Part shown: positions 39,865 through 41,541 of the stretch, one piece after another
How the letters are laid out: every line of letters begins with the position of its first letter
How positions within the stretch are numbered: the first letter of the stretch is position 1
DNA from: a virus
Virus record (IMG/VR): IMGVR_UViG_3300045988_128501
Length of the DNA stretch: 41,541 nucleotides
Strand: one strand, 5' to 3'
Position numbers and translations under genes: made by a program
The notes under the pieces: generated by a model
The model's database searches: none
Seen by the model: only the letters and a program-made list of their open reading frames with translations
Told to the model about the DNA's origin: nothing

Positions 39865-40791
39865 ATGAAGAAAGAGAGAGCGATTCCCCTGATCCTTAGT
39901 GTCGCACTTGCGTTGTGTTTGGTTGGGTGTGGAGAGGATGATGGGTCGAACGAAGAAGTTGGGCAGGAAGAACCTCAGCAATCCAGTGTGGAGACCGAGC
40001 AAGCAAAAACGAACGACTTTCAGACCGGTACAACAGAGTATTATATTGATTCACTGTTTTTTGATGTTCCGACAACATGGACATTCAGGAACGCCTCCAA
40101 CGGATCTGCTTCTTATTTTTACCCGCCATCTGGAGATGGGCTCGATCTGATGATGGTGTCCACGGTTAATACAACTGGATCAATTTTAGATGATACAATC
40201 TTTTCTGAGTTTTTATCTGGCGTTGAGAGCGGTTCGGATTCGTATCAACTTATTACCAAGCAATATGGAACAAACGCACAAGGAAAAGATTTTGCATTCG
40301 TGTCATATCTATCACTGATCGAAGGATACAACATGCAATCGTATATATGCGGATTTGACTGTAGCTCTGGATATACGCTGTTTTCCTTTGCCGTCCGAAC
40401 TGACTCTCCATATGATTACTCTAATGATATATCCGCTATCTACGACTCTGTCCGTGAAGCGTCTAATTATAGCGATACCGCAGAAAGCAAAGAACCGGCT
40501 GCTTCCATGGGAGAACTCAACGCCTTAGAAAAGGCATTAAGCTACCTTGACTACACCGCCTTCTCTAGATCCGGGTTAATCGAGCAGCTTGAGTTTGAGG
40601 GGTTCTCTGCTGAGGAAGCCACTTATGGTGTGGACAACTGCGGTGCAGACTGGAACGAACAAGCCGCTAAAAAAGCGCAAAGCTACCTTGATTATTCGTC
40701 CTTTTCCAGACAGGGGCTAATTGACCAGCTCGTTTTCGAGGGATTCACCCAGGAACAGGCAGAATACGGTGTGTCTGCTGTCGGGTACTAA
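39865..40791 (+). CDS. ltp: Ltp-family surface lipoprotein (two C-terminal Ltp repeats); putative superinfection exclusion
   Basis: Lipobox LALCLVGC. Tandem repeats ALSYLDYTAFSRSGLIEQLEFEGFSAEEATYGV and AQSYLDYSSFSRQGLIDQLVFEGFTQEQAEYGV. Confidence 0.75.
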   Translation: MKKERAIPLILSVALALCLVGCGEDDGSNEEVGQEEPQQSSVETEQAKTNDFQTGTTEYYIDSLFFDVPTTWTFRNASNGSASYFYPPSGDGLDLMMVSTVNTTGSILDDTIFSEFLSGVESGSDSYQLITKQYGTNAQGKDFAFVSYLSLIEGYNMQSYICGFDCSSGYTLFSFAVRTDSPYDYSNDISAIYDSVREASNYSDTAESKEPAASMGELNALEKALSYLDYTAFSRSGLIEQLEFEGFSAEEATYGVDNCGADWNEQAAKKAQSYLDYSSFSRQGLIDQLVFEGFTQEQAEYGVSAVGY

Positions 40792-40845
40792 CTTCATTCC
40801 CCCGCCGCCGAGGGCGGCCAAAAATAAAAAACGGAGGAAAACAAA

Positions 40846-41361
40846 ATGAAAAAGAGAGTAGCAATCATCCTGTTTGGGTCCCTGTTGGCCCTGAGCCTGT
40901 GCGCCTGTGGTGGTGATGATACAGCGTCTACCACCCAGGGCGAGACTGCGGATACCACCAAGACCGAGGAAACCCAGGAGCCGGCGGACACATCCAGCGC
41001 AATCGTTGGGGATTATGAGGTTTCTATTGGGGACGCAAGTATGATCTCCGATGATTACACCGGGGAGGAAGCGTTCCTTGTAAATCTCACATTTACAAAC
41101 AATGGAGAGGAAACAACCTCCCCGATGTTGGCCCTAATGGTTGAGGCATACCAGGACGGCGTGCAGCTTGAGAGAGCCATCATTGGGTCCGAGGATTTCG
41201 ATGCTGGTTCAGAATCCTTGAACGTACAACCTGGCGGAAGCAATGAATTCCAGCTGGCGTTCACTCTAACGAGCGAATCCCCTGTGCAGGTAATCGCCCA
41301 GGAATTCCTCGGCGACGGAACTCAGGCCACCAAGACCTTCGATCTGGCCACTCTCGCATAA
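40846..41361 (+). CDS. Secreted lipoprotein (DUF4352/DUF5067-like beta-sandwich)
   Basis: Signal peptide with LSLCAC lipobox. Thr/Glu-rich linker. Confidence 0.7.
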   Translation: MKKRVAIILFGSLLALSLCACGGDDTASTTQGETADTTKTEETQEPADTSSAIVGDYEVSIGDASMISDDYTGEEAFLVNLTFTNNGEETTSPMLALMVEAYQDGVQLERAIIGSEDFDAGSESLNVQPGGSNEFQLAFTLTSESPVQVIAQEFLGDGTQATKTFDLATLA

Positions 41362-41412
41362 AAGCGCATAAAACAACCGCCCCCGGCGCTACCAACACCG
41401 AGGACGGCTATA

Positions 41413-41452
41413 GGGCAGTAACTTTTCCACAAGCACACTGCCCTCTTATTTT
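41413..41452 (+). terminator. Intrinsic terminator after the repressor-lipoprotein operon
   Basis: GGGCAGT-17nt-ACTGCCC followed by TCTTATTTT. Confidence 0.55.
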
Positions 41453-41476
41453 AACCAAAGATAGGAGGAATTGCAA

Positions 41477-41541
41477 GTGAAATGCAAAAAATGCCATGCC
41501 GAATTGCCAGAAAAAGCGAAGTACTGCCCTCAGTGCGGGGC
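41477..41541 (+). CDS. int: Integrase N-terminus (partial; continues at base 3 after circularisation), CxxC-x11-CxxC zinc ribbon
   Basis: ataGGAGGaattgcaaGTG, then KCKKCHAELPEKAKYCPQCG, in frame with ORF 18..1109. Confidence 0.8.
   Translation, partial: MKCKKCHAELPEKAKYCPQCG
41487..41541. repeat. Terminal direct repeat, copy 2 (identical to 1-55)
   Basis: Exact 55-nt match to the window start. It lies inside the integrase reading frame. Confidence 0.95.

Larger units (their letters stand above)
1..41541. mobile_element. Complete temperate siphovirus-type phage genome (one circular unit of 41,486 bp plus 55-bp overlap)
   Basis: Full set of lysogeny, early, replication, packaging, head, tail and lysis modules. 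The window ends repeat its first 55 bases. Integrase ORF is continuous across the junction. Confidence 0.85.

Overview
The window is one complete temperate siphovirus-type phage genome. Bases 1-55 are identical to 41487-41541, giving a circular unit of 41,486 bp, and the repeat sits inside the integrase ORF and completes it. That fits a circular-contig overlap rather than attL/attR. Protein motifs and RBS usage suggest a Firmicutes/Clostridia host. A plus-strand lysogeny module runs from a CI/LexA-like repressor through an Ltp-type lipoprotein, a second lipoprotein and a terminator to a tyrosine integrase that crosses the junction, then attP with a tRNA 3'-end-like core and arm-type repeats. 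Nearly everything else is on the minus strand. In transcription order it holds a cro-like gene and small early ORFs, then recombination/replication genes (Sak4-like ATPase, DUF669/SSB-like, replication organizer, G39P-like loader, MazF-like protein), then a nucleotide-metabolism module (dCTP deaminase, MazG-like). These are followed by Cys-rich small ORFs, a RuvC-like resolvase and an HNH_3 homing endonuclease. Next comes an ORF-free RNA locus of about 0.83 kb, two AT-richer small genes, and an HNH-TerS-TerL packaging module. The remainder is HK97-type head genes, neck and tail genes with a G/GT -1 frameshift and a 1220-aa tape measure, a long tail-fibre region, holin and amidase, and a 4-gene cargo operon next to attP. 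The most unusual features are listed here. (1) The promoter-to-terminator RNA locus (27344-28204) contains a canonical tRNA-Met(CAT), a tRNA-like element without an anticodon arm, and about 480 nt of GC-rich multi-helix RNA. It may be a ROOL/GOLLD-class RNA or a new large RNA. (2) An 87-aa stand-alone NrdD-type glycyl-radical domain is translationally coupled to the endolysin. (3) In a three-member small-protein family, one copy is split from its strong RBS and ATG by a G8 tract. (4) An orphan MazF/PemK-like gene lies in the replication module. (5) A 26-bp repeat occurs three times in front of leftward early ORFs that are interleaved with rightward genes overlapping them convergently. All functional calls come from motif recognition by eye; no database search was possible.
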